Of a stretch of 64,000 nucleotides of DNA, positions 56,133-64,000 are shown in pieces. The stretch comes from Candidatus Bathyarchaeota archaeon (lineage in GTDB: Archaea; Thermoproteota; Bathyarchaeia; Bathyarchaeales; Bathycorpusculaceae). The notes below the pieces were generated by a model that worked only from the letters and a program-made list of their open reading frames with translations, was not told where the DNA came from and made no database searches. Position 1 is the first letter of the stretch. Each line of letters begins with the position of its first letter. Both the position numbers and the translations under genes were made by a program. The DNA lies in assembly GCA_963775465.1 (NCBI GenBank), contig CAVZIW010000003.1:128001-192000 (forward strand). Reading direction: 5' to 3'.

Positions 56133-57431
56133 TTAAGTTTTAGCTTGGTTAGGAGCAAACTCCCAAGCGATATTTCCCTTCCATAGCTCACCGTTCTTAG
56201 TTAAGCGAACTTCGTTATCATCAATTTCTATTAGTCCTTGGTCCTTTAGTTTTTGCAACTGTTTCGGAAAGACCTTTTCGGGAGTGGTTTGGAATTTTTC
56301 CATAAACTCTTTTTTGCTTACTGGTAACCGCAAATATAGTCGTGTCATGGATCGGCGCATCATGTCTTCAGTTGAGGATTCAGAGAGTCTGCAAATTGGT
56401 AATTTGCCCTCTTTTACCGTTGCCATGTAATCATTGATGTTTTCTAGGTTTGAGTAAGAGAATTTTTGCAAGTAACCCATGAAGCATCCTGCGCCTGTGG
56501 TTAGGATGCCTCCCCATGGCCAACCGTTAAGGCAGTTTTCACGCATATGCCACTCCACTCTGCTGTAACGGTCGTGACCGACAGCTTTGTAACCTGCTTC
56601 TGTGAGCATCTTGTGCGCTGTTAGGAACATTTGTTTCTCGAACTCCGCGTTACCCTGTGGAGGAGACTGGCCATTTTTTATCATCTTTTCAAGAATAGTT
56701 CCTGGATCAACATGTAGCGAGTAAGCATCAACTTCTGCATCTAACTCAATTGTTTTCGTTAGTGTGTCTATCCAGCTTTCCATGGTTTGTCCGGGTAGGT
56801 TATACATAAGGTCGACACATACGACCATTCCTAGTTTTCGTGCATGTTTGATAGCTGCCTCAACGTCAGCTGCGCTATCGGGGAGGCATAGGGCTTTGCG
56901 TAATTTGTCGTCAAAAGTTTGGGCACCCATGTCCATTTGGTAGACACCATAGTCTGCTAATTTGTCGATTTTTTTAAGTGCAAGCGTCTTTGAGGATCCG
57001 GTTACTTTGATAAAGTATTCTTTACTTGTGTTAAAGTTGGCTTTGCAGAAATCGATTAAGTCGATAATCTGCTCAGCGCTTAATACGCTTGGGGTTCCAC
57101 CTCCCAAAACGATTTCGTCAAAATAGCTGGTTTTGACGTATTTGGTTTTAGCGTACATTGAAAGCTCTTTTTTAAGAAGGTCAAGGTAAGGTTCAAGTTG
57201 TACTTTACTTGAGGCTGTAGTTGGAAAATAACAGAAAGCACATCGGCTATCGCAAACAGAAATCCAGGGCTGCAACTCCATTAGTCTGCCTGAGGTGTTC
57301 TCAGTCTCCAAAAAATTCAAGAATGCATCGTATGTTTCAGGCTTTATGCCTGGGTAATCCCTGTAGGTGTACGGAGGCCAGTTTTCTCTGGATTCATATG
57401 CTTCTGCTTTTGATTGGGAAGCTATTGTCAA
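56133..57431 (-). CDS. HemN-like (class C / HemW-like) radical SAM enzyme
   Basis: CDSRCAFCYF, GGGTPS, MGAQTF, DLMYNLPGQT, G.G...Y, HemN_C-like LT..G. Confidence 0.88.
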   Translation of the reverse strand: MTIASQSKAEAYESRENWPPYTYRDYPGIKPETYDAFLNFLETENTSGRLMELQPWISVCDSRCAFCYFPTTASSKVQLEPYLDLLKKELSMYAKTKYVKTSYFDEIVLGGGTPSVLSAEQIIDLIDFCKANFNTSKEYFIKVTGSSKTLALKKIDKLADYGVYQMDMGAQTFDDKLRKALCLPDSAADVEAAIKHARKLGMVVCVDLMYNLPGQTMESWIDTLTKTIELDAEVDAYSLHVDPGTILEKMIKNGQSPPQGNAEFEKQMFLTAHKMLTEAGYKAVGHDRYSRVEWHMRENCLNGWPWGGILTTGAGCFMGYLQKFSYSNLENINDYMATVKEGKLPICRLSESSTEDMMRRSMTRLYLRLPVSKKEFMEKFQTTPEKVFPKQLQKLKDQGLIEIDDNEVRLTKNGELWKGNIAWEFAPNQAKT

Positions 57432-57544
57432 TTACGTTTCCTCTGTGATTGTGGTTCTAAACCGTTCGTTGACATAATAAAGTTTCCGCAAAAAATCTAT
57501 CAAGCCCAATAATGGCTTTATTTAATCAAGATTCAAAAAAATTG

Positions 57545-58948
57545 TTAGACACGAGCTTTTGCTCGCCAAAGCATATAGTTCGCGGCGGTTCGCGTCATTA
57601 TCTTGCTATATAAGTTGCCTTTGATGTAACCTTTTACTGCTTGACGCATTACGTAACGTGGTGAGTAAAATTTGTTGTAGAATGTTCTTCTCATTGCCGC
57701 TATTTCTTTGGCTGGGAGAGCTGGATCTTCGAAGATGGGGTTCATAGTATTGTACAGTTCCCAATTATCTGACATCTTCCATCCATAGCTCTTAACTAAA
57801 TCACGAAGATAGGTGCCTGGATATGGCGTTGCATGGCAAAGCCAAACGTCGTCGGGTTCTAGTTTGCGAGCAAAATCTAGTGTTTCTTGCAATGATTCTT
57901 TGGTTTCACCGGGATATCCTAAAATGACTGAGACGGTTACGAACATGCCTGCTTCTTTAGCCCATTTAATTGCGTTCCAACACTGCTCGTTCGTGACTCC
58001 TTTTTTCAGGACAGCCCGCATTCGTTGGCAACCAGATTCGATTCCGAACATAGTCTCATTGCAGTGGGCTTTCGCCATTTTTGCTAGGACTTCTTTTGTT
58101 ACCACGTCTGCACGGGTTCCGCAACCCCAAGGCAAATTGATTTTTCTTTCAATTATGCCATCACATATTTCAGTGGCACGTCTCTTGTCGAAAGTTAAAG
58201 TGTCATCTTGGAAAGCTATCCCTTCAGCTCCATATTCATCTCTTAGCCACTCAAGCTCGTCCAGAACGTTTTTTGAGCTTCTCATTCGGAATCTCTGGCC
58301 AAACATTTGTGAGGCGACACAGAAGGAACATTGAAAAGGGCAACCTCTGCTCGTTATAATTGGTAGAAGAGTCTTACCTGTGATTCTGTATTTTTCCATG
58401 GGAACGTATTTGTAAGCTGGACGTGGAAGAGAATCAAGGTCTTGAATAAAGGGCCTATTGACTGTTTGAATTATTTGGTTTTCTTTTCGAAAACTTATAC
58501 CTTTGACGTCACCTAGTTTTTGCATGTTTGGCGCTTGTTTGGCGAGTTCAACGATTGTTTCTTCCCCTTCTCCTCTAACGATTATGTCGACTGCTTTTTC
58601 GTCAATAAGAATTTCTCTATCTGCAAAAGTCGCGTGAGGTCCTCCCATTAAGACTTTGGCGTCTGGGCAGACTTCCTTGGCTACCTGCGCCGATTTAAGA
58701 GCTGAAACAATGGTGGGTGTCATAGATCCTATGCCTACTATAGTAGGATCATAAGCTGCAAGTTCAGCTTTGAGTTTTTCATGGTCTATTTGGCACACTG
58801 GGCAATCGATTATTTTGACTTCAAAATCATTCTGCTCTAAAACAGCCCCCATGTAAGCTAAGCCGAGAGGTGGAAAAAGCGGGTGATGAGCAACATTCTC
58901 TAAGAGTGGTGTAGTTACCAAAGCAACTTTGGTTTTTTTAGTGCTCAT
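57545..58948 (-). CDS. Cobalamin-dependent radical SAM enzyme, paralog 3
   Basis: PPLGLAY, GGPHAT, RGEGE, SRGCPFQCSFC, GIESG, GYPGET, TPYPGT. Confidence 0.92.
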   Translation of the reverse strand: MSTKKTKVALVTTPLLENVAHHPLFPPLGLAYMGAVLEQNDFEVKIIDCPVCQIDHEKLKAELAAYDPTIVGIGSMTPTIVSALKSAQVAKEVCPDAKVLMGGPHATFADREILIDEKAVDIIVRGEGEETIVELAKQAPNMQKLGDVKGISFRKENQIIQTVNRPFIQDLDSLPRPAYKYVPMEKYRITGKTLLPIITSRGCPFQCSFCVASQMFGQRFRMRSSKNVLDELEWLRDEYGAEGIAFQDDTLTFDKRRATEICDGIIERKINLPWGCGTRADVVTKEVLAKMAKAHCNETMFGIESGCQRMRAVLKKGVTNEQCWNAIKWAKEAGMFVTVSVILGYPGETKESLQETLDFARKLEPDDVWLCHATPYPGTYLRDLVKSYGWKMSDNWELYNTMNPIFEDPALPAKEIAAMRRTFYNKFYSPRYVMRQAVKGYIKGNLYSKIMTRTAANYMLWRAKARV

Positions 58949-58964
58949 CCCTTTTTACCTTTAC

Positions 58965-60056
58965 TCACTCTTTCCGTAGGCTCTTGGGAATGTAAATGCA
59001 TGCGGGGTCTGATTCAGTTATGTCGCCTGTGTAGGCGTAAGCACGGTTTCTGCATCCACCGCAAATTTCTCGGTATTCGCAAACTCCGCATTTACCTTTG
59101 AGGACGCTGCGGTCTTGGAATTTGTTGTAGTATTTTGAAGCTTTGATTTCTTCCCAAGCAGTACTTAGGGTTTTGTTCCGTATGTTTCCCAGCATCATGG
59201 GTTCAGAAGGTTGTAAATCCGTATAAAAGCAAGGAATTAGATCACCGTTTTCGGTTACACTTAGATATCCGCCAAACGCGAAATAGGTGCATTTACCGTG
59301 GAATTCTTTTTCGTACCATTCCTTGAATTCTTCTTCCGGCAGTCTTTGACATACAACCCGTGCGAAATGGGGGCAATGTACATGAACCTCAAATTTACCC
59401 TTATACTTTGTTGTTATATCCCAGATGTGATTTAGAGTCCACTCATACTGTTCGGGCGTTGGAGTTAGTTCCATAGTTTCTTTGGCTCGTCCACTTGGAA
59501 CCAGATGATTGTACCAGACAAAATTTGCATGGTACTTGTCAGCTAACTCCGCGACGTGGTCAAGGTACTTGTAATTAATAGTTGTTATCGCACAGGCTAA
59601 ACCGTTTAAGATTTTGCCAGCAGATAGTTTTTCGATGGCAGCAAGGGCTTTCTTGTAGGACCCTACTCCACGGAGTTGATCGTTTATTTCTTCTGGTCCA
59701 TCGATGCTGACTGAAGTCCAGACTTGGTTCTTAACCAAGTTATCGTAGATTGATCCATCAACAAAAACGCCGTTGGTCAAGAGACAGACATTTAATCCTT
59801 TGCTTTTGGCATAAGTGACGATTTCGAAAATGTCTGGGCGCGTTAAGGGTTCGCCGCCTTTAATGCCAAACCATCTGACACCAAACTTTTTAACTTCATC
59901 CACCAGATGAAAGGCTTCTTGGGTGGTCATTTCTCTTTCAGCGTGTTTGCCTGTAGCATCTACGTTACAGTATTTGCATCTGGCGTTGCACGCGCCTGTG
60001 GCCCTCCACGAGGTCATAAGTAATGGACCTTTATGTTCTGTCAAAACAAAATACAC
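58965..60056 (-). CDS. Radical SAM/SPASM protein, paralog 2
   Basis: CNARCKYC, GGEPL, TNG, SIDG, GKCGVCEYREICGGCRNRA..DPAC; start may be TTG 60044. Confidence 0.9.
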   Translation of the reverse strand: MYFVLTEHKGPLLMTSWRATGACNARCKYCNVDATGKHAEREMTTQEAFHLVDEVKKFGVRWFGIKGGEPLTRPDIFEIVTYAKSKGLNVCLLTNGVFVDGSIYDNLVKNQVWTSVSIDGPEEINDQLRGVGSYKKALAAIEKLSAGKILNGLACAITTINYKYLDHVAELADKYHANFVWYNHLVPSGRAKETMELTPTPEQYEWTLNHIWDITTKYKGKFEVHVHCPHFARVVCQRLPEEEFKEWYEKEFHGKCTYFAFGGYLSVTENGDLIPCFYTDLQPSEPMMLGNIRNKTLSTAWEEIKASKYYNKFQDRSVLKGKCGVCEYREICGGCRNRAYAYTGDITESDPACIYIPKSLRKE

Positions 60057-60262
60057 CTGTGAGCATTTTTCATGTTTACTTTAAGGGCACTTTTCGTACT
60101 AAAAAAGATTGTGCGCTAATGGTGCTTTTTGGATTTTCACTGTTTTCTGCTGGTTATTGCCCTTTTTGGGTTATACTAAATCAATGTATCTGTTTTTAGC
60201 GTGCTTTCCGTAAGGTTTATAGTGAAACACAACCTAGACATTCAATCTCGGGGCAAGATCCA

Positions 60263-62797
60263 ATGGAAACGAAAATACATGTCACAATTATTCTGGTACT
60301 CCTTCTTGTTTCTTCAGTTTCAGCAGGTCTTGCTGTACAATCAAATCAAACCATTGTGGATGCACAGACAAGCTCTAATAGCAATTTGCTGCAGTATGAA
60401 TGGCCTCAATTTATGGGAGACTCCTCTTTTACAAGATTCAACCCTGGTCCTGCCCCAGACAAACCCGATATTCTATGGAAAGCCAATGTCACTGGCATAC
60501 AAACTTACCTTTCAGCCTTTGGCGGTATGATATTTGTTGGGACAAACACTTCTGTGGCGGCTTTAGACGGCGAAACGGGAAGTATAGTTTGGGAAACGAC
60601 TATTCCGATGCCTCGTTCTTGGCCAATCGCCTACAAAATTGATGGCTCACACTTGGTTGTAGAGAATAGTTGTCTGGACCCAAAAACAGGCAAAATACTT
60701 TGGACTAGTTCCGCTTTTAACGAGGATACAGGTATTTTCAGCGCCAATGTTTACAGCCCAGAAGAACGAATGTTTTTCATTAAAGTTGACTCATTCATTC
60801 AAGGTTGGAGTTTTGCTGATCCGTCCAATCCTCCTGTTATGGTTTGGCAGACTTATGTTCCAGGCGGTGGCAAAACTGGAATCGGAACAACTTATGGTGA
60901 AGGATTAGTTTTCGTAGGTTCTTTTATGAACCAGCAGATGGCACTTGATGCTAAAACAGGTGCAGTGGTCTGGACAACTTTAACTAAGGGTCCGATGATT
61001 TTTGAAGGCGCCTATTCTGATGGCAGATTCATAAGAGGTGGAACAGACGATAACACCCTTTACTGTTTTAATGCAACTGATGGAAGAATTCTATGGACTT
61101 ACTCTCCCGGAACATCGGACGGATATTTTACAACGGGACCGGCAATTGCATACGGGATGGTTTATGAACTCAATAAAGACGGTAATCTCTACGCAGTAGA
61201 CTTAGCAACGGGTAAATTGGTGTGGACGTATCAGGGTCCAGGTACACTTCTTTGGCCCGGGTATCCCACGATTGCAGATGGGAAAGTATACGCCACAACA
61301 GGTGAGATTGCCCAGTATGGTGGTCAGGTTGGCACTTCCGAGTTTGTGTGCTTAAACGCTTACACTGGAGCAGTAAAATGGAAGTTACCCATCGAAGCGT
61401 TGGCACCTAGAGAATCCGTTGCTGTTGCTTACGGTCATCTCTATCTTATTCCAGGAACTGTCACTGATGCTGTTGACTCCATTTCAGGAAATGAATACGC
61501 CAATTTCGACCAAGTTTGGGCAATAGGAGAACCAGAAATTGTAACCAGCAACTGGCCTATGTGGCGTTCTGATCCTTCTCATTCTTCAACTGCACAAGTT
61601 GGTCCTTCCAACTTGTCTTTGTCATGGAATTTCACTACCCACGGCTCCGTTATATCTTCGCCCAGCGTAGTAAACAATATAGTTTACGTTGGTTCTCAAG
61701 ACAAAAACATCTATGCTCTAAGTGCTTTTAGCGGAAACCTAATCTGGAAATTTGCAACACAAGATGCCCAAGTTTCTTCTCCCGCGATCAGCAATGCCAG
61801 ACTCTACACCGGAGGTGATGATGGCTACGTTTACTGCCTTGACGCCTATACTGGTACCCTATATTGGAGAACTTTTGTTGACGGTAACTTACCCTACACT
61901 TACGGGTCATTTGTCCTCAAATCTTCTCCAGCAGTCTTTGAAGGCAGGGTATATGTTGGTTCATTGGACGGCAATATGTATGCACTTGACGCGAACACAG
62001 GCCAGATTGACTGGAAATATGAAACAGGTGGACACATTCTATCTTCACCAGCAATTGATGATGGAGGCGTCTATTTTACTTCAGAAGAGCCCAATACAGG
62101 GGTCCTCTACAAATTAGACGCCATCAGTGGGGCTTTAAGTTGGAAGCAAGATTTGCCCTTTGAATATCAATTTACGGGCGGAACTGAGATGATTGGTTCG
62201 CCTTCTGTTGCTGCTGGTATGGTGTTTGCATCTGCGGACTTGAGAACCTACTTTGGTATAGATGCGAACACTGGCGACATCATCTGGACTTTCCGAGACC
62301 CTGACGCAATGGAATTCATTGTTTCCTCCCCAATCTACGTTAATGGTCAACTCTACGTAATCGACAAGTTCAGCATAACTTCTCTTAACGCAAAAACCGG
62401 ACAGAGCAATTGGAGCTTTTTCACTGGTGATGAACTCTATGCTTCTCCTTCGTATGCGGATGGCAAAATTTACATGATGACCAGTCAGCGTCATATCTTC
62501 GTTCTTGATGCTAAAAACAACGGATCAAAGCTTGATAGCTATGAGATGCCTTCGGGCAGCTGGTCTTCACCCACTATCGCTAACGAAAGATTATACATCG
62601 GCAACCACGACTGGAATGTCTATTGTTTTGCGAATGAAATATCAGTAACTGAAAACTCCCAGCCGACAGATAGTATGCCGTATCAACCTTCACTTGCTGT
62701 AGTTGCCGTGTTGATCATCGCAATTGTATTATTGGCTGCAATAAGCGGTACCTACTTTTTCCGAAAAATAAAAGCCCAAAAAAACCAACAATCATAA
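60263..62797 (+). CDS. Secreted, C-terminally anchored PQQ-binding-like (BamB-type) beta-propeller repeat protein
   Basis: Signal peptide, many SSP..VYVGS.DG..YALDA.TG...W repeats, two WP.F/W starts suggesting two propellers, C-terminal TM plus basic tail. Confidence 0.88.
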   Translation: METKIHVTIILVLLLVSSVSAGLAVQSNQTIVDAQTSSNSNLLQYEWPQFMGDSSFTRFNPGPAPDKPDILWKANVTGIQTYLSAFGGMIFVGTNTSVAALDGETGSIVWETTIPMPRSWPIAYKIDGSHLVVENSCLDPKTGKILWTSSAFNEDTGIFSANVYSPEERMFFIKVDSFIQGWSFADPSNPPVMVWQTYVPGGGKTGIGTTYGEGLVFVGSFMNQQMALDAKTGAVVWTTLTKGPMIFEGAYSDGRFIRGGTDDNTLYCFNATDGRILWTYSPGTSDGYFTTGPAIAYGMVYELNKDGNLYAVDLATGKLVWTYQGPGTLLWPGYPTIADGKVYATTGEIAQYGGQVGTSEFVCLNAYTGAVKWKLPIEALAPRESVAVAYGHLYLIPGTVTDAVDSISGNEYANFDQVWAIGEPEIVTSNWPMWRSDPSHSSTAQVGPSNLSLSWNFTTHGSVISSPSVVNNIVYVGSQDKNIYALSAFSGNLIWKFATQDAQVSSPAISNARLYTGGDDGYVYCLDAYTGTLYWRTFVDGNLPYTYGSFVLKSSPAVFEGRVYVGSLDGNMYALDANTGQIDWKYETGGHILSSPAIDDGGVYFTSEEPNTGVLYKLDAISGALSWKQDLPFEYQFTGGTEMIGSPSVAAGMVFASADLRTYFGIDANTGDIIWTFRDPDAMEFIVSSPIYVNGQLYVIDKFSITSLNAKTGQSNWSFFTGDELYASPSYADGKIYMMTSQRHIFVLDAKNNGSKLDSYEMPSGSWSSPTIANERLYIGNHDWNVYCFANEISVTENSQPTDSMPYQPSLAVVAVLIIAIVLLAAISGTYFFRKIKAQKNQQS

Positions 62798-63511
62798 TTT
62801 CTTTTCGAAAAAAACAATAATTGTCGGTGTTTGTGCTGAACCCGTCGCAGCTAACCTCTCCACCTTTTTTAAAATAAAATTGGGGCCCAACAATTTTACT
62901 AATTTTTCAACAGTGTAGAAGTTCATGTGGGAATCGTAGTTTAATCCGGCTATGCCTTCGGGAGTTTCTATTATCAAGTAACCTTCCGACTTTAGAGTTC
63001 TATAAGCTTCTGATATGAAGTTCTCAGGTGCCCAAAGATGCTCCAGAACCTCGGAAGCAATAACCAAATCAAATGTTCTATCAGTGAAGGCTAAGGTTTC
63101 TGCATCACCTGCCATAACGGAGGAAACTTTACATTTTTGTCCTGCGGTCGTCACTGTTGGTAAATCTACGGCTGCGACAAAATGTCCCTTCTTTATCAGC
63201 GGTTCGCTTATGACAGCGTCGCCACAGCCGACATCTAAAATCCGCAAGTCATCGACACCTATGCTGTCAACCATGTTGCCGAAAATTTTGAGTCTATCCA
63301 AATTTAAGGCGTTAACGTTCATAGCTTCGGGGTGCGCCCGCATCATCAAAATATGCATGTTTGCATCGTATTTTTGCCATTCGATCCATTTGCGCTTACT
63401 CTTTTTTCGTTGCCCAAAATGAATCTCTCTCTCAATTACCCATTTTAGTTGATGTGGGTGGGTTAGCAAGTATTTAATGCCCGAGACTTGTCTTGATAAT
63501 GCCTTCGACAT
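62792..63511 (-). CDS. Class I SAM-dependent methyltransferase
   Basis: ILDVGCGD, GDAETL.F....FDLV.ASEVLEHL, LK..G.LII.TP. Confidence 0.9.
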   Translation of the reverse strand: MSKALSRQVSGIKYLLTHPHQLKWVIEREIHFGQRKKSKRKWIEWQKYDANMHILMMRAHPEAMNVNALNLDRLKIFGNMVDSIGVDDLRILDVGCGDAVISEPLIKKGHFVAAVDLPTVTTAGQKCKVSSVMAGDAETLAFTDRTFDLVIASEVLEHLWAPENFISEAYRTLKSEGYLIIETPEGIAGLNYDSHMNFYTVEKLVKLLGPNFILKKVERLAATGSAQTPTIIVFFEKKL

Positions 63512-63526
63512 ATTGGTACCTTGCCG

Positions 63527-64000
63527 CTAATCCTGATTCTGGTTAATGGGTGCACTGTGCCCTCCAGCCTTCTTTTTTGGATGATAGAGCCTGCGAACTG
63601 CCCATTTTGCAACGCGATTATTAGACACTATATGGTTTAATGTCATGCGCGCCATGACTTGGCTGTAAAAGTCGCCTTTTAGCTTCTTTTTTAGGTAGAA
63701 ACTTGGAGAGAGGTATCTGTCGTAGAATTCTTTTTTGGTTTCTTCAAGTTTTTCCAGCGGCAAAAGTTTGTTGTTAAAAACCTGTGTTTGTTCATGATAC
63801 TGACTCCAATCAGAGGCTAATTCTAAGCCTAGACTTTTTGCATAGTCGTAGAGTTCTGTGCCTGGGTATGGAACTGCTTCACACATGTAGACGTAGTCGG
63901 GTTTAGTTTTGTAGATAAAATCTATTGTTTCCTGCAATTGTTGAGATGTCTCCCCAGGGTAACCGATAACCAGGGATATAGCAACTGAGATGCCTGCTTC
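63527..64000 (-). CDS. Cobalamin-dependent radical SAM enzyme, paralog 4 (C-terminal part; runs off the window)
   Basis: Frame open to the edge: EAGISVAISLVIGYPGET..PDYV....VPYPGT; resembles the paralog 3 C-terminus. Confidence 0.8.
   Translation of the reverse strand, partial: EAGISVAISLVIGYPGETSQQLQETIDFIYKTKPDYVYMCEAVPYPGTELYDYAKSLGLELASDWSQYHEQTQVFNNKLLPLEKLEETKKEFYDRYLSPSFYLKKKLKGDFYSQVMARMTLNHIVSNNRVAKWAVRRLYHPKKKAGGHSAPINQNQD

Noticed and set aside
712-63422. Numerous antisense or alternate-frame ORFs in the track (e.g. 712-1128, 12655-13128, 57813-58334)
   Set aside because: Nested in well-supported genes; typical codon-bias shadows
1-64000. CRISPR array, rRNA, IS element or cobalamin riboswitch
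   Set aside because: No regularly spaced repeats, rRNA-like tracts, transposase or B12-box seen by eye; a covariance-model scan was not possible

Overview
Archaeal chromosomal window, most consistent with Bathyarchaeia. This is inferred from gene content (archaeal ACDS, F420/H4MPT enzymes, a lone MtrH, a GPN GTPase, a secreted PQQ-type propeller); no marker-gene search was run. It has three blocks. (1) 0-16 kb: F420/Wood-Ljungdahl genes (frameshifted cofE, ACD-GNAT fusion, mer, cofC, fno, two cooC, cdhABCDE). (2) 16-27.7 kb: purine genes for PRPP to AIR (purF, purD, purQ, purL, purS, purM) with no purN/purT. A translationally coupled HAD / Ftr-paralog / PfkB triad (EhaR-EhaS-EhaT-like) sits directly after purD. 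A TIR-like protein and tRNA-Gly(CCC) follow. (3) 30-64 kb: a methylation and radical-SAM-rich region. It holds four B12-dependent radical SAM paralogs, two SPASM enzymes, one HemN-like enzyme, a corrinoid protein plus MtrH, CbiZ, bacterial-type MetK, a nitrilase with an Asn-synthase-like ligase, two unknown CxCxxC barrel-like proteins, two GT-C-like membrane proteins, an RnfD-ferredoxin-FrhB fusion, and a duplicated S-component-like gene. The best candidates for undescribed systems are the Ftr-paralog triad as the missing GAR formylation step, the single-chain F420-linked RnfD fusion, and the radical-SAM/methyl-supply cluster. No CRISPR, rRNA or mobile element was seen. All family calls come from motif recognition by eye.
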